Assembly (NCBI GenBank): GCA_002269645.1 | Contig: NIVC01000093.1 | Location: 558,001 to 622,000 of the forward strand | Reading direction: 5' to 3' | Length of the DNA: 64,000 nt | Origin: Macrostomum lignano | Taxonomy: Eukaryota | Part shown: one piece after another, positions 25,613 through 38,950 of the stretch | Position numbering within the stretch: position 1 is the first letter of the stretch | Layout of the letters: the number at the start of each line of letters is the position of its first letter | Program-made: the position numbers and the translations under genes | The notes under the pieces: generated by a model | Told to the model about the DNA's origin: nothing | Seen by the model: only the letters and a program-made list of their open reading frames with translations | The model's database searches: none

Positions 25613-26653
25613 TCTAAATGTAAATCTCTCATGTAAATCTCTCTGTTCCGGCTTGAGATCTTTTTCTATGAAATCAATTTCTTGTGTTTTTTAACTTTTT
25701 TTTGCTCGAATTATTTTACAATAGCTTTGTCGTTATTTTTATCCTGTTTTGAACAGTTTCCGTTTTTTTAGCCAATGCATCGCTGTGATAATCGTATTTT
25801 TACGAGCGTAGTTTTAATTAGAGTCCATTTTTATCTTGCAGAGGACTAAAGGCCGAAATTGGCAATTTGTGTGTACTTTTTATAGATCGAAAGCGTTTTG
25901 CTGAAACTTTCTTGTAGTAATTCTCTTCTGTGTCCTATTTTGCCAAACCTTGTTCTCCGGAGTTGTGTGTGTGTTAAATTGACCCGAGGGCCAACCCCCA
26001 GGGCACATAATGTGTACATGCCTGACGATTAAACAGTTGTACACCCTGTGTGAGCGTGTGTATGAGTTCGTGTCTGTGTACAGTATTGTATGTGCTCAGC
26101 TGAGTCAGCGGAATGGGCAGGCTTCACATTCCAGGTGCTTAGTTCCAGATCTCCTTGGCTAATGGGAGGCGCAGATGGCTTCTCATCGGTCGGGCTGGGA
26201 CGGGTCCACAGGAGACGGGAGAGCCTTTTAATTAAGCTTCGTTAGGATAAGGAAAAGGAAGATAGCTGTCTGTATTTATTTCTGCTACTAAGGGAGAAAA
26301 AAGCGAGTTACCGGGCAATCTTACTTAGTAATTACTTAAAAGAATCTGTGCCTGATCTTTTGTAGAGAGAGGCACGCAGAGAGGACGCTACAGCTGGTTT
26401 AATGTACTCGGAGTTGGTCAGACAGGCATAGGATAGCTGTCTAGAGGAAGTCATCTCATGTCAGTTTGTAAGTGCACTAGCGTGCCCATGATTACTCTTA
26501 TTCCTCTTGATACTTAGGCTTGTTCTGTTATGCTATTAATTACTCGTAAATTTTGAGCTCAAATTTTTAGACTTGGAATTAATGTTTGTTTATTTCTCAT
26601 TTCAGCGAGTTAGCATCTGCTGTACAAATAAACTTAGCTGCCTAGATTTAATC

Positions 26654-27710
26654 TAGCACCTGACAAGCCACTTTAGCAACTGACAAGCCACTTTAGCACC
26701 TGACAAGCCACTTTAGCACCTGACAAGCAACTTTAGCACCTGACAAGCCACTTTAGCACCTGACAAGCAACTTTAGCACCTGACAAGCAACTTTAGCACC
26801 TGACAAGCTACTATAGAACCTGACAAGCAACTTTAGCACCTGACAAGCAACTTTAGCACCTGACAAGCCACTTTAGCACCTGACAAGCAACTTTAGCACC
26901 TGACAAGCTACTATAGAACCTGACAAGCAACTTTAGCACCTGACAAGCAACTTTAGCACCTGACAAGCCACTTTAGCGCCTGACAAGCCACTTTAGCGCC
27001 TGACAAGCCATTTTAGCGCCTGACAAGCAACTTTAGCGCCTGACAAGCCACTTTAGCAACTGACAAGCCACTTTAGCACCTGACAAGCAACTTTAGCACC
27101 TGACAAGCTACTATAGAACCTGACAAGCAACTTTAGCACCTGACAAGCAACTTTAGCACCTGACAAGCTACTATAGAACCTGACAAGCAACTTTAGCACC
27201 TGACAAGCAACTTTAGCACCTGACAAGCTACTATAGAACCTGACAAGCAACTTTAGCACCTGACAAGCAACTTTAGCACCTGACAAGCTACTATAGAACC
27301 TGACAAGCAACTTTAGCACCTGATAAGCAACTTTAGCACCTGACAAGCTACTATTGAACCTGACAAGCAACTTTAGCACCTGACAAGCAACTTTAGCACC
27401 TGACAAGCTACTATAGAACCTGACAAGCAACTTTAGCACCTGACAAGCAACTTTAGCACCTGACAAGCTACTATAGAACCTGACAAGCAACTTTAGCACC
27501 TGACAAGCCACTATAGAACCTGACAAGCAACTTTAGCACCTGACAAGCTACTATAGAACCTGACAAGCAACTTTAGCACCTGACAAGCAACTTTAGCACC
27601 TGACAAGCCACTATAGAACCTGACAAGCAACTTTAGCACCTGTCAAGCACATTAGCACCTGACAAGCCACTATAGAACCTGACAAGCAACTTTAGCACCT
27701 GACAAGCCAC
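26654..27710. repeat. 20-bp minisatellite (CACCTGACAAGCAACTTTAG)
   Basis: Three units per 60-nt line, with a periodic CTATAGAAC variant. Confidence 0.95.
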
Positions 27711-27864
27711 TCCAAAACATCAAAAGCCATTTTAGCACCTAAAAGACAACTTAGTGTTATTTTACGAGCTCAGTCGTTTAAAGCAGCTAGACTTTTTGAG
27801 CAACGAAAATATTTCTAGTAAATTTATCATCAAATTTCAGCCACCAAATTCACTGGCACTACAA

Positions 27865-28226
27865 ATGGTATTAGCGGTGCTTATTCACTACAGCCGCGCC
27901 GGCAAAGTGGTGCCCCTATATTGGCAAATCTTTATCGACTTAGGCGAGAGTGTCGGGCCCGCCCATTCAAGCGCTGCGGCCTCGACTGTTGTAGCCGCCG
28001 GTGAAGTCGAAGTCGATGATGACGAATCGCGACACCAAGCCAACGACGATTCAGCGTCCAGCGCCACCGCCGCCGCCGGAGCCGATTCCGACAATTTCGG
28101 TGGCGGCGCTGGTAACGACGCAGCTAGTCGAATCGACACTGGTTCGGTTGTGTCGTTTGGCTCTCAGTCAACTGCCCTGAGCGCCGCAACCACCGGAGCT
28201 AGCACTGCCGCTGGACATATCGGCAG
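27865..28226 (+). CDS. AP5S1: AP-5 complex subunit sigma-1, exon 1
   Basis: MVLAVLIHYSRAG...PLYWQIF resembles the AP5S1 N-terminus MVHAFLIH...VLYSCVF. Donor AG|GTGAGA at 28227. Confidence 0.68.
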
Positions 28227-28289
28227 GTGAGAAGCGGTGTTGCTTGCGGTTTTAGGATAGAACTAGCGATCTTAAAGCGCCATGGCTCA

Positions 28290-28570
28290 CAGGGGGAGAT
28301 GGCGTTAATGGCGGAGTTGCTGAGATGCCATGGCTTAAGGGGGGGTTGCTGAGATGCCATGGCTTAATGGGGGGGGGTTGCTGAGTTGCCATGGCTTAAT
28401 GGGGGGGTTGCTGAAATGCCATCGCTTAATGGGGGTTGCTGAGATGCCATGGCTTAATGGGGGAGTTGCTGAGATGCCATGGCTTAATGGGGGAGTTGCT
28501 GAGATGCCATGGCTTAAGGGGGGTTGCTGAGTGCAATTGGCTTAATGGGGGAGTTGCTGAGATGCCATAG
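28290..28570. repeat. ~29-bp intronic minisatellite (GTTGCTGAGATGCCATGGCTTAATGGGGG)
   Basis: Tandem array in the AP5S1 intron. Confidence 0.85.
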
Positions 28571-28674
28571 CTAGATTTAGACTGACAAATACACTACTAA
28601 CTAGCAATAGACAGTTAGAAAGTACAGTCGCTCTAATTCCATAATCCCCTGCTTCCCCTCTCATATCCCTCCAG

Positions 28675-29212
28675 ATCCTCAGCCAGTCGAATTCCTCGCC
28701 GCTGCCCGTTGCTGTCTCTGGCCAAACGTGTGGACGCCGAGTGGCAATTGGTTCGGGCTAGCCAAGCCTTGGCATCGGCCTCTGCCAATAATCAGGGTGC
28801 TCAACACGCCGAAGCAGAAGATCTTCGCCGGCTAGCAGCAGATTCAATGCCAGATTTTTGTCGCGGTGTCTGCCCGGCAGTTGCCGGGATGAATAGGCGG
28901 CTTCCTACAGAGTTGGAGACTGGCAATGCTGTATGGTTGGCTGCAGCCAGTCTGTGCCTGACTCTGGTCTGCTCTCCGGAAGAGAATGTCTCCCTAGCTG
29001 GTCACTGTCTGCTTTCTCTAGCCAAGCGTCTGCACTCGCTAACTAGATTTCTGTTGCAGCCAATGCAGCTCATCTATAGGGCTGAGACAGTCCGTCTGAC
29101 TGTTAATGGCGCCCTGACTGCTAACGGTGTTGCTCTGCCGTATTGTACATCGCGAGCTAATAAGGCTCGCGATCGATTGGCCGAAATTGGAGCTAAATCG
29201 TGCAAATTCTGA
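28675..29212 (+). CDS. AP5S1: AP-5 complex subunit sigma-1, exon 2
   Basis: LLSLAKRV, AVWLAAASLCLTLVCSPEENVSLAGHCL and LIYRAETV align by eye to AP5S1 ILAVARQV, VVWLGVLSLGFALVLDAHENLLLAEGTL and LLLRADRI. The phase-2 splice is consistent. Confidence 0.75.
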
Positions 29213-29271
29213 TGCTTTGTTTTTTTATCTGATAGATGTTATATGTTTGGCTGGCGTTTCAGAAGTTCGGA

Positions 29272-29545
29272 AGTTTATAAGCTCGAAACTTCATAAGCTC
29301 GAAACTTCATAAGCTCGAACTTTTTAAGCTCGAACTTTATAATCTCGAATCTTCATAAGCTCGAACTTTTTAAGCTCGAAACTTCATAAACTCGAACTTT
29401 TTAAGCTCGAAACTTCATTAGCTCGAAACTTCATAAGCTCAAAACTTCATAAGCTCGAACTTTTTAATCTCGAATCTTCATAAGCTCGAAGTTTATAAGC
29501 TCGAAACTTCATAAGCTCGAAGTTTATATGCTCGAAACTTTATTA
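29272..29545. repeat. 16-17-bp repeat (AAGCTCGAAACTTCAT) with an inverted copy near 29600
   Basis: Tandem units plus ATGAAGTTTCGAGCTT. Confidence 0.75.
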
Positions 29546-29964
29546 GCTTAGCTCAGTAATTCATAGGGCGGAAATTTCATGTCGTAATGAATTTTACGAT
29601 ATGAAGTTTCGAGCTTCTGAAGTTGACGTTGTCTACAAGTATATTCGATGATTTAATCTCGATCTCCGAGCTCCGTAATTGTATTATGCATCGGCGAGGT
29701 TGCTACGCTCGTACATCGCTTCTTTCAATACAATTTATTGTATATATTAATTTTAGTTTAATACGATTGTGATCTTAAAACAATTAAATTCTTGTCTTTT
29801 TGTTTTTTCAGGCGATTATGATTATTTTTATTTTTAGTTATTAAGTTTGTCTCTCAACTGTCTTATATTCTTTTTAGCTGTCTTTTTGTGATTGTTTGCA
29901 CCAGCGACTGTAGGCCAAGCTAAATGACACTGACACATCATCAACTGACTCACTGATTCAGCAC

Positions 29965-30995
29965 TGTCTGACACATCTTATCCTACTGACGCATCTTATC
30001 CTACTGACACATCTTTTCCTACTGACACATCTTATCCTACTGACACATCTTATCCTACTGACGCATCTTATCCTACTGACGCATCTTATCCTACTGACAC
30101 ATCTTTTCCTACTGACACATCTTATCCTACTGACACATCTTATCCTACTGACACATCTTATCCTACTGACACATCTTTTCCTACTGACACATCTTATCCT
30201 ACTGACACATCTTATCCTACTGACGCATCTTATCCTACTGACGCATCTTTTCCTACTGACACATCTTATCCTACTGACGCATCTTATCCTACTGACACAT
30301 CTTTTCCTACTGACACATCTTATCCTACTGACACATCTTATCCTACTGACACATCTTATCCTACTGACACATCTTTTCCTACTGACACATCTTATCCTAC
30401 TGACACATCTTATCCTACTGACGCATCTTATCCTACTGACGCATCTTATCCTACTGACACATCTTTTCCTACTGACACATCTTATCCTACTGACACATCT
30501 TATCCTACTGACGCATCTTATCCTACTGACGCATCTTTTCCTACTGACACATCTTATCCTACTGACACATCTTATCCTACTGACGCATCTTATCCTACTG
30601 ACGCATCTTATCCTACTGACGCATCACTGTCTGACACATCTTATCCTACTGACACATCTTATCCTACTGACACACCTTATCCTACTGACACATCTTTTCC
30701 TACTGACACATCTTTTCCTACTGACACATCTTATCCTACTGACGCATCACTGTCTGACACATCTTATCCTACTGACACATCTTATCCTACTGACACATCT
30801 TATCCTACTGACACATCTTATCCTACTGACGCATCACTGTCTGACACATCTTATCCTACTGACACATCTTATCCTACTGACACATCTTATCCTACTGACA
30901 CATCTTATCCTACTGACGCATCACTGTCTGACACATCTTATCCTACTGACACATCTTATCCTACTGACGCATCACTGTCTGACACATCCTGCTGA
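29965..30995. repeat. 18-bp minisatellite (ACTGACACATCTTATCCT)
   Basis: Tandem array ending ~45 bp before the PP2A-A ATG. Confidence 0.95.
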
Positions 30996-31039
30996 CATCA
31001 TCATTCATGACCCCGTAGTCAGCCCAGCCAAGCAGAAAA

Positions 31040-31624
31040 ATGACAGCAACTGACAGCGCCAACGAAGCTCTCTACCCCATCGCTGTGCTCATCGATGAGT
31101 TACGCAACGAGGATGTTCAACTCCGTCTGAACAGCGTCAAGAAGCTGTCAACAATCGCCCTGGCGCTAGGAGTTGAGCGCACCAGAACGGAGCTAATCCC
31201 ATTCCTGACTGACACAATCTACGACGAGGACGAGGTGCTGCTCACCCTAGCCGAGCAGCTGGGCACCTTCATCGCGCTAGTCGGTGGCGACCAGTTCGCC
31301 CACGTGCTCCTGCCGCCACTGGAGAGCTTGGCCACTGTCGAGGAGACGGTCGTACGCGACAAAGCTGTCGAGTCGCTTCGCAAGCTGGCTCCGTCCCATA
31401 GTCCGGCAGATCTGGAAGCGCATTTTGTGCCGCTAGTTCGTCGGCTAGCCAATGGCGATTGGTTCACCTCGAGGACGTCCGCCTGCGGTTTGTTCTCGGT
31501 GTGCTACGACCGTGTCGGTGCGGCCGTGAAACAGCAGCTGCGCCAGCACTTCAGCAATCTGTGCACCGACGATACGCCTATGGTTAGGCGTGCCGCCGCT
31601 GGCAAGATCGGCGAGCTGGCTCAG
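31040..31624 (+). CDS. PPP2R1A: PP2A 65-kDa scaffold subunit A, exon 1
   Basis: [22 protein letters not shown]...[14 protein letters not shown]...[11 protein letters not shown]; donor CAG|GT at 31625. Confidence 0.97.
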
Positions 31625-31659
31625 GTTGGGGCTGTTATGAATTAATAAGTTGACACTAT

Positions 31660-32295
31660 CTTAAATATCAGTTCACACAATCCTATAATAGGTTCACACA
31701 GTCATTCAATATGATTCAGATAATGCTTCAAGTCAACTCACAGAGTAATAAAAATCGGTTCACACAATCCTAAAAATCGATTCACATTCCTAAAAGTCGG
31801 TTCACACATTCCAAAAAGTTGTTTCACACAATCCCATAAACGGTTCACACAATCCTACAAATCGGTTCACACAATCCTACAAATCGGTTCACACAATCCT
31901 ACAAATCGGTTCACACAATCCTACAAATCGGTTCACACAATCCTACAAATCGGTTCACACAATCCTACAAATCAGTTCACACAATCCTACAAATCGGTTC
32001 ACACAATCCTACTAATCGGTTCACACAATCCTACTAATCGGTTCACACAATCCTACAATTTGGTTCACACAATCCTACTAATCGGTTCACACAATCCTAC
32101 TAATCGGTTCACACAATCCTACAATTTGGTTCACACAATCCTACTAATCGGTTCACACAATCCTACTAATCGGTTCACACAATCCTACAATTTGGTTCAC
32201 ACAATCCTACTAATCGGTTCACACAATCCTACAAGTTGATTTACACAATCCTACTAATCTATTCACACAATCCCACAAATAAGTTCACACAACTC
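31660..32295. repeat. 22-bp intronic minisatellite (AAATCGGTTCACACAATCCTAC)
   Basis: Fills PP2A-A intron 1. Confidence 0.95.
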
Positions 32296-32307
32296 CTCGC
32301 CGCGCAG

Positions 32308-32868
32308 GTTGTCGAACCGGAGTTTGTCCGCTCCGAGCTGCTGCCAATGTTCAAGCAGCTGATGGCGGACGAGCAGGACTCAGTGCGCCTCCTGGCTGTG
32401 GAGAGCGCCGTGATCCTGGCCCGCCTGCTGGGCCCTGAGGACACGGACAAGCTGATGATGAAATCGCTTCGTTCGGCTGTAGACGACAAGTCCTGGCGAG
32501 TCCGCTACATGGTGGCTGACAAGCTGACCGAACTGCAGTCGGCTCTGGGCGCGGAGCTGACTCAGCGCTACCTGGTCGAAGCGTTCCAAGCCCTACTGAA
32601 AGATCCCGAGGCCGAGGTTCGCGCCGTGTCGGCCAGTAAAGTGCGCGACTTCTGCGTCAACTTGGAGGCTAGCGAAGCCGAGCGGACCAATATCGCATTG
32701 AACAGCATCCTGCCGGCTGTCAAGGACCTCGCCGGCGATGCCAATCAGCACGTAAAATCCGCTCTGGCCTCCGTTGTCATGGGACTGTCTCCGTTGCTAG
32801 GGAAGGAGCACACTGTTGAACAGCTGCTGCCGCTGTTTCTTACTCAGCTTAAAGACGAATGCCCGGAG
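32308..32868 (+). CDS. PPP2R1A: PP2A scaffold subunit A, exon 2
   Basis: [34 protein letters not shown] and LKDECPE HEAT repeats. Confidence 0.97.
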
Positions 32869-32884
32869 GTGAGGTCTCGAACAA

Positions 32885-33945
32885 TCCTGAGAAATTCTTG
32901 AAATCCCAACTCCGATTCCTAAAATCCCAAATCTGATTCTCGTAATCCCAACTCTGATTCTTGAAATCCCAACTCTGATTCTTGAAATCCCAACTCTGAT
33001 TCTTGAGATCCCAACTCTGATTCTTGAGATCCCGACTCTGATTCTTGAGATCCCAAATCTGATTCTTGAAATCCCAAATCTTATTCTCGTAATCCCATCT
33101 CTGATTCTTGAGATCCCAACTCTGATTCTTGAAATCCCAACTCCGATTCCTAAAATCCCAAATCTGATTCTCGTAATCCCAACTCTGATTCTTAAAATCC
33201 CAACTCTGATTCTTGAAATCCCAACTCTGATTCTTAAAATCCCAACTCTGATTCTTGAAATACCAAATCTGATTCTTGAAATACCAAATCTGATTCTTAA
33301 AATACCAAGTCTGATTCTTAAAATACCAAATCTGATTCTTAAAATACCAAATCTGATTCTTGAAATACCAACTCTGATTCTTGAGATCCCAAATCTGATT
33401 CTTAAAATACCAAATCTGATTCTTAAAATACCAAGTCTGATTCTTAAAATACCAAATCTGATTCTTGAAATCTCAAATCTGATTCTTGAAATCCCAAATC
33501 TGATTCTTAAAATCCCAACTCTGATTCTTGAGATCCCAAATCTGATTCTTAAAATACCAAGTCTGATTCTTAAAATACCAAATCTGATTCTTGAAATACC
33601 AACTCTGATTCTTGAGATCCCAAATCTGATTCTTAAAATACCAAGTCTGATTCTTAAAATACCAAGTCTGATTCTTAAAATACCAAATCTGATTCTTGAA
33701 ATCTCAAATCTGATTCTTAAAATACCAAGTCTGATTCTTAAAATACCAAATCTGATTCTTGAAATCATTAAAATTCCATCATCAATCCTTGAAAGCCCAT
33801 CATGAATTGTTGAAATCCCATCATCAGTCCTTACAATCCCATCATCAGTCCTTACAATGCCATCATCAGTCCTTACAATCCCATCATCAGTCCTGACAAT
33901 CCCATCATCAGTCCTTACAATCCCATCATCAGTCCTGACAATCCC
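32885..33945. repeat. Two adjacent 21-bp intronic minisatellites (AAATCCCAACTCTGATTCTTG; CCCATCATCAGTCCTTACAAT)
   Basis: Fill PP2A-A intron 2. Confidence 0.93.
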
Positions 33946-33965
33946 ATTGACATTCCTGGCCGCAG

Positions 33966-34601
33966 GTGCGCTTGAACATAATCTCCAATCTGGAGGCGGT
34001 GAACAGTGTCATCGGCATCAAGCAGCTGTCAATGTCGCTCCTGCCAGCCATAGTAGAACTGGCTGAAGACTCGAAATGGCGGGTCCGCCTGGCCATCATC
34101 CAGTACATGCCCCTGCTAGCCAGTCAGCTTGGCTCGCAGTTCTTCGACGAGAAGCTGAACCAGCTGTGCATGGGCTGGCTGGTTGATCACGTGTTCGCCA
34201 TACGCGAGGCTGCTGTGCTCAACCTGCGCAAACTAGTGGAAGCATTCGGCTCTGATTGGGCTCTGAGCACTGTTATACCCAAGGTGGCCGAGCTAGCCGT
34301 GGATACCAACTACCTGCACAGGATGGTCTGCCTGTTCTGCGTCACCGAGCTGAACTCGGCTTGTCCGCCTGACATGGTTCGGGCTCATCTGCTGCCAATT
34401 GTGCTGAAAATGGCCTCAGACACTGTGCCCAATGTCCGGTTCAAGGTGGCCCAGACTTTGCAACAACTGGCTGCCAGCTTTGATGCCGAAGTATTCGAAC
34501 AGCAGGTGAAACCCTGTCTGGATTCCTTAGCCGGTGATGCCGACATTGATGTGCAGTTCTTTGCCTGCGAAGCTCTGGAAGCTATCAGGGAGAAGTTCTG
34601 A
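33966..34601 (+). CDS. PPP2R1A: PP2A scaffold subunit A, exon 3
   Basis: VRLNIISNL...[13 protein letters not shown]...VPNVRFKVA. The spliced total is 593 aa. Confidence 0.97.
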   Translation: MRLNIISNLEAVNSVIGIKQLSMSLLPAIVELAEDSKWRVRLAIIQYMPLLASQLGSQFFDEKLNQLCMGWLVDHVFAIREAAVLNLRKLVEAFGSDWALSTVIPKVAELAVDTNYLHRMVCLFCVTELNSACPPDMVRAHLLPIVLKMASDTVPNVRFKVAQTLQQLAASFDAEVFEQQVKPCLDSLAGDADIDVQFFACEALEAIREKF

Positions 34602-35679
34602 TTGGAACTAATTTAAATTGACTCGAATTCGGCTGCAAACTGAATGGGGGACTTGCCTGACTTCTCAGTCTCTCTTCTCTGTTCTAATTAGGTTTCTTTT
34701 TGATTGCTTGCTTAATTAGTTAGCTGAGGTTAACTTGTCGGGGCTCAAATGAAGGTCATAGACCCAATTTAATGTAGGCTTAACATTCAGATAAATTTCT
34801 ATACGCGTGTTTTTTTCTGTCACTGTCTGAAACTATATTACTATCAGTAGCTTATGAATTAGTGTGTAATTAAATTCCTGACATTATTTGTAATTTATCT
34901 CGGTTTTTCTAGTAACTCAAATTTGTCAACTCCGTTAAAGTGCAAGAAATCTAGTTTGTTGTTTATCAATGATTAAAATAAGTCCTATATATGCATACAT
35001 ATATGTGTCTACTAGAAGTAGTATGCGTTCTATTCACTCATTTTGTGATTATTTTTTGTAACTGCAAAGTTCTGTGTGCATGATGTTATCGTAACTTTTT
35101 TTCTCGTAATAAATTCTCCTTTATTTGAAATATTCCCAGTCTGCACAGGGAGATCCGCCCGCGTTTTTAGTGTTCACCCTGCTATTCACTCTTCTTAGTC
35201 CTGTGTAGTTTTTAGTTTAGTACTTTAGCTGGTAATCCCAAATCCCACCGGGTCTGCTCTCCTCTGTCCATATTATTTATTACTAATGTTTTAATTAATT
35301 AATAAATGTCTGAGATCTGGGCAATCAATATATTTATGAATGATAATAATACAAGAGGACAAATAATTAATAAATCTATATTATTCTGTTCGTTATGAAT
35401 TGAAAGCAATTTCACTTATAATAATAATTTTTATTATTATTTGCACTTTGCAAAATATTTCTTAGCTTTACAAGCTATTTGTTGTCCGTTGTGTTTTTTA
35501 TTTGACCATTTAATAAACATGGCGGAACTAATTCATTTTTATCACGTAACTAGCCAGTGTCAGCTGCTGCATTTCAACATTGCTAACAGCTTAGGAGACC
35601 GGGAATGAGATGATCTGGGAGATCAGGGAGATTTGGAGATGGGGATAATGGGTGAGAGTCCTGGAGACGGGGAGGCGTG

Positions 35680-38600
35680 AGAGTCCAGAAGACAGAAGAT
35701 TGAGAGTCCAGGAAACAGAAGATTGAGAGTCCAGGCAGGAGACAAGATTGAGAGTCCAGGAAACAGAAGATTGAGAGTCCAGGAGACAGAAGATTGAGAG
35801 TCCAGGAGACAGAAGATTGAGAGTCCAGGAAACAGAAGATTGAGAGTTCAGGCAGGAGACAAGATTGAGAGTCCAGGAGACAGAAGATTGAGAGTCCAGG
35901 AAACAGAAGATTGAGAGTCCAGGAGACAGAAGATTGAGAGTCCAGGAAACAGAAGATTGAGAGTCCAGGAGACAGAAGATTGAGAGTCCAGGAAACAGAA
36001 GATTGAGAGTCTAGGGAGACAAGATTGAGAGTCCAGGAAACAGAAGATTGAGAGTCCAGGAAACAGATGACTGAGAGTCCAGGCAGGAGACAAGATTGAG
36101 AGTCCAGGAGACAGAAGATTGAGAGTCCAGGAAACAGAAGATTGAGAGTCCAGGAGACAGAAGATTGAGAGTCCAGGAAACAGAAGATTGAGAGTCCAGG
36201 AGACAGAAGATTGAGAGTCCAGGAAACAGAAGATTGAGAGTCCAGGAGACAGAAGATTGAGAGTCCAGGAAACAGAAGATTGAGAGTCTAGGGAGACAAG
36301 ATTGAGAGTCCAGGAAACAGAAGATTGAGAGTCCAGGAAACAGATGACTGAGAGTCCAGGCAGGAGACAGAAGATTGAGAGTCCAGGGAGACAAGATTAA
36401 GAGTCCAGGAAACAGAAGATTGAGAGTCCAGGAAACAGAAGACTGAGAGTCCAGGCAGGAGACAGAAGATTGAGAGTCCAGGAGACAGAAGATTGAGAGT
36501 CCAGGAAACAGAAGATTGAGAGTCCAGGAGACAGAAGATTAAGAGTCCAGGAAACAGAAGATTGAGAGTCCAGGAAACAGAAGATTGAGAGTCCAGGAGA
36601 CAGAAGATTGAGAGTCCAGGCAGGAGACAAGATTGAGAGTCCAGGAAACAGAAGATTGAGAGTCCAGGAGACAGAAGATTGAGAGTCCAGGAGACAGAAG
36701 ATTGAGAGTCCAGGAAACAGAAGATTGAGAGTCCAGGAAACAGAAGATTGAGAGTCTAGGGAGACAAGATTGAGAGTCCAGGAGACAGAAGATTGAGAGT
36801 CCAGGAGACAGAAGATTGAGAGTCCAGGAGACAGAAGATTGAGAGTCCAGGAAACAGAAGATTGAGAGTCTAGGGAGACAAGATTGAGAGTCCAGGAAAC
36901 AGAAGATTGAGAGTCCAGGAAACAGATGACTGAGAGTCCAGGCAGGAGACAAGATTGAGAGTCCAGGAGACAGAAGATTGAGAGTCCAGGAAACAGAAGA
37001 TTGAGAGTCCAGGAGACAGAAGATTGAGAGTCCAGGAAACAGAAGATTGATTGTCCAGGAGACAGAAGATTGAGAGTCCAGGAAACAGAAGATTGAGAGT
37101 CTAGGGAGACAAGATTGAGAGTCCAGGAAACAGAAGATTGAGAGTCCAGGAAACAGATGACTGAGAGTCCAGGCAGGAGACAGAAGATTGAGAGTCCAGG
37201 GAGACAAGATTGAGAGTCCAGGAAACAGAAGACTGAGAGTCCAGGCAGGAGACAGAAGATTGAGAGTCCAGGAGACAGAAGATTGAGAGTCCAGGAAACA
37301 GAAGATTGAGAGTCCAGGAAACAGAAGATTGAGAGTCCAGGAGACAGAAGATTGAGAGTCCAGGAAACAGAAGATTGAGAGTCCAGGCAGGAGACAGAAA
37401 ATTGAGAGTCCAGGGAGACAAGATTGAGAGTCCAGAAAACAGAAGATTGAGAGTCCAGGAAACAGAAGGAATTGAGAGTCCAGAAAACAGAAGATTGAGA
37501 GTCCAGGAAACAGAAGGTTGAGAGTCCAGGAAACAGAAGATTGAGAGTCCAGGAAACAGAAAATTGAGAGTCCAGGGAGACAATATTGAGAGTCCAGGAA
37601 ACAGAAGATTGAGAGTCCAGGAAACAGAAGATTGAGAGTCCAGGCAGGAGACAGAAAATTGAGAGTCCAGGGAGACAAGATTGAGAGTCCAGGAAACAGA
37701 AGATTGAGAGTCCAGGAAACAGAAGATTGAGAGTCCAGGAAACAGAAGATTGAGAGTCCAGGAAACAGAAGATTGAGAGTCCAGGAAACAGAAGATTGAG
37801 AGTCCAGGAAACAGAAGATTGAGAGTCCAGGAAACAGAAGATTGAGAGTCCAGGAAACAGATGACTGAGAGTCCAGGCAGGAGACAAGATTGAGAGTCCA
37901 GGAAACAGAAGATTGAGAGTCCAGGAAACAGATGACTGAGAGTCCAGGCAGGAGACAAGATTGAGAGTCCAGGAAACAGAAGATTGAGAGTCCAGGAGAC
38001 AGAAGATTGAGAGTCCAGGAAACAGAAGATTGAGAGTCTAGGGAGACAAGATTGAGAGTCCAGGAAACAGAAGATTGAGAGTCCAGGAAACAGATGACTG
38101 AGAGTCCAGGCAGGAGACAGAAGATTGAGAGTCCAGGAGACAGAAGATTGAGAGTCCAGGAGACAGAAGATTGAGAGTCCAGGAAACAGAAGATTGAGAG
38201 TCTAGGGAGACAAGATTGAGAGTCCAGGAAACAGAAGATTGAGAGTCCAGGAAACAGATGACTGAGAGTCCAGGCAGGAGACAAGATTGAGAGTCCAGGA
38301 GACAGAAGATTGAGAGTCCAGGAAACAGAAGATTGAGAGTCCAGGAGACAGAAGATTGAGAGTCCAGGAAACAGAAGATTGAGAGTCCAGGAGACAGAAG
38401 ATTGAGAGTCCAGGAAACAGAAGATTGAGAGTCTAGGGAGACAAGATTGAGAGTCCAGGAAACAGAAGATTGAGAGTCCAGGAAACAGATGACTGAGAGT
38501 CCAGGCAGGAGACAGAAGATTGAGAGTCCAGGGAGACAAGATTGAGAGTCCAGGAAACAGAAGACTGAGAGTCCAGGCAGGAGACAGAAGATTGAGAGTC

Positions 38601-38950
38601 CAGGAGACAGAAGATTGAGAGTCCAGGAGACAGAAGATTGAGAGTCCAGGAAACAGAAGATTGAGAGTCCAGGAAACAGAAGATTGAGAGTCCAGGAAAC
38701 AGAAGATTGAGAGTCCAGGAAACAGAAGATTGAGAGTCCAGGAAACAGAAGATTGAGAGTCCAGGAAACAGAAGATTGAGAGTCCAGGAAACAGAAGATT
38801 GAGAGTCCAGGAAACAGAAGATTGAGAGTCCAGAAAACAGAAGATTGAGAGTCCAGGAAACAGAAGGTTGGGAGTCCAGAGATGAGGGGTGAGAGTAAAT
38901 GCAGGAGACAGAAGATTGGGAGTCCAGGAAACAGAAGATTGAGAGTCTAC
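35680..38950. repeat. ~23-bp minisatellite (GAGAGTCCAGGAAACAGAAGATT), 3.3 kb
   Basis: Tandem array between the converging PP2A-A and GNPTAB 3' ends. Confidence 0.97.

Noticed and set aside
26654-38950. CRISPR-like regular repeats
   Set aside because: Units are head-to-tail without unique spacers, there are no cas genes, and the context is eukaryotic.
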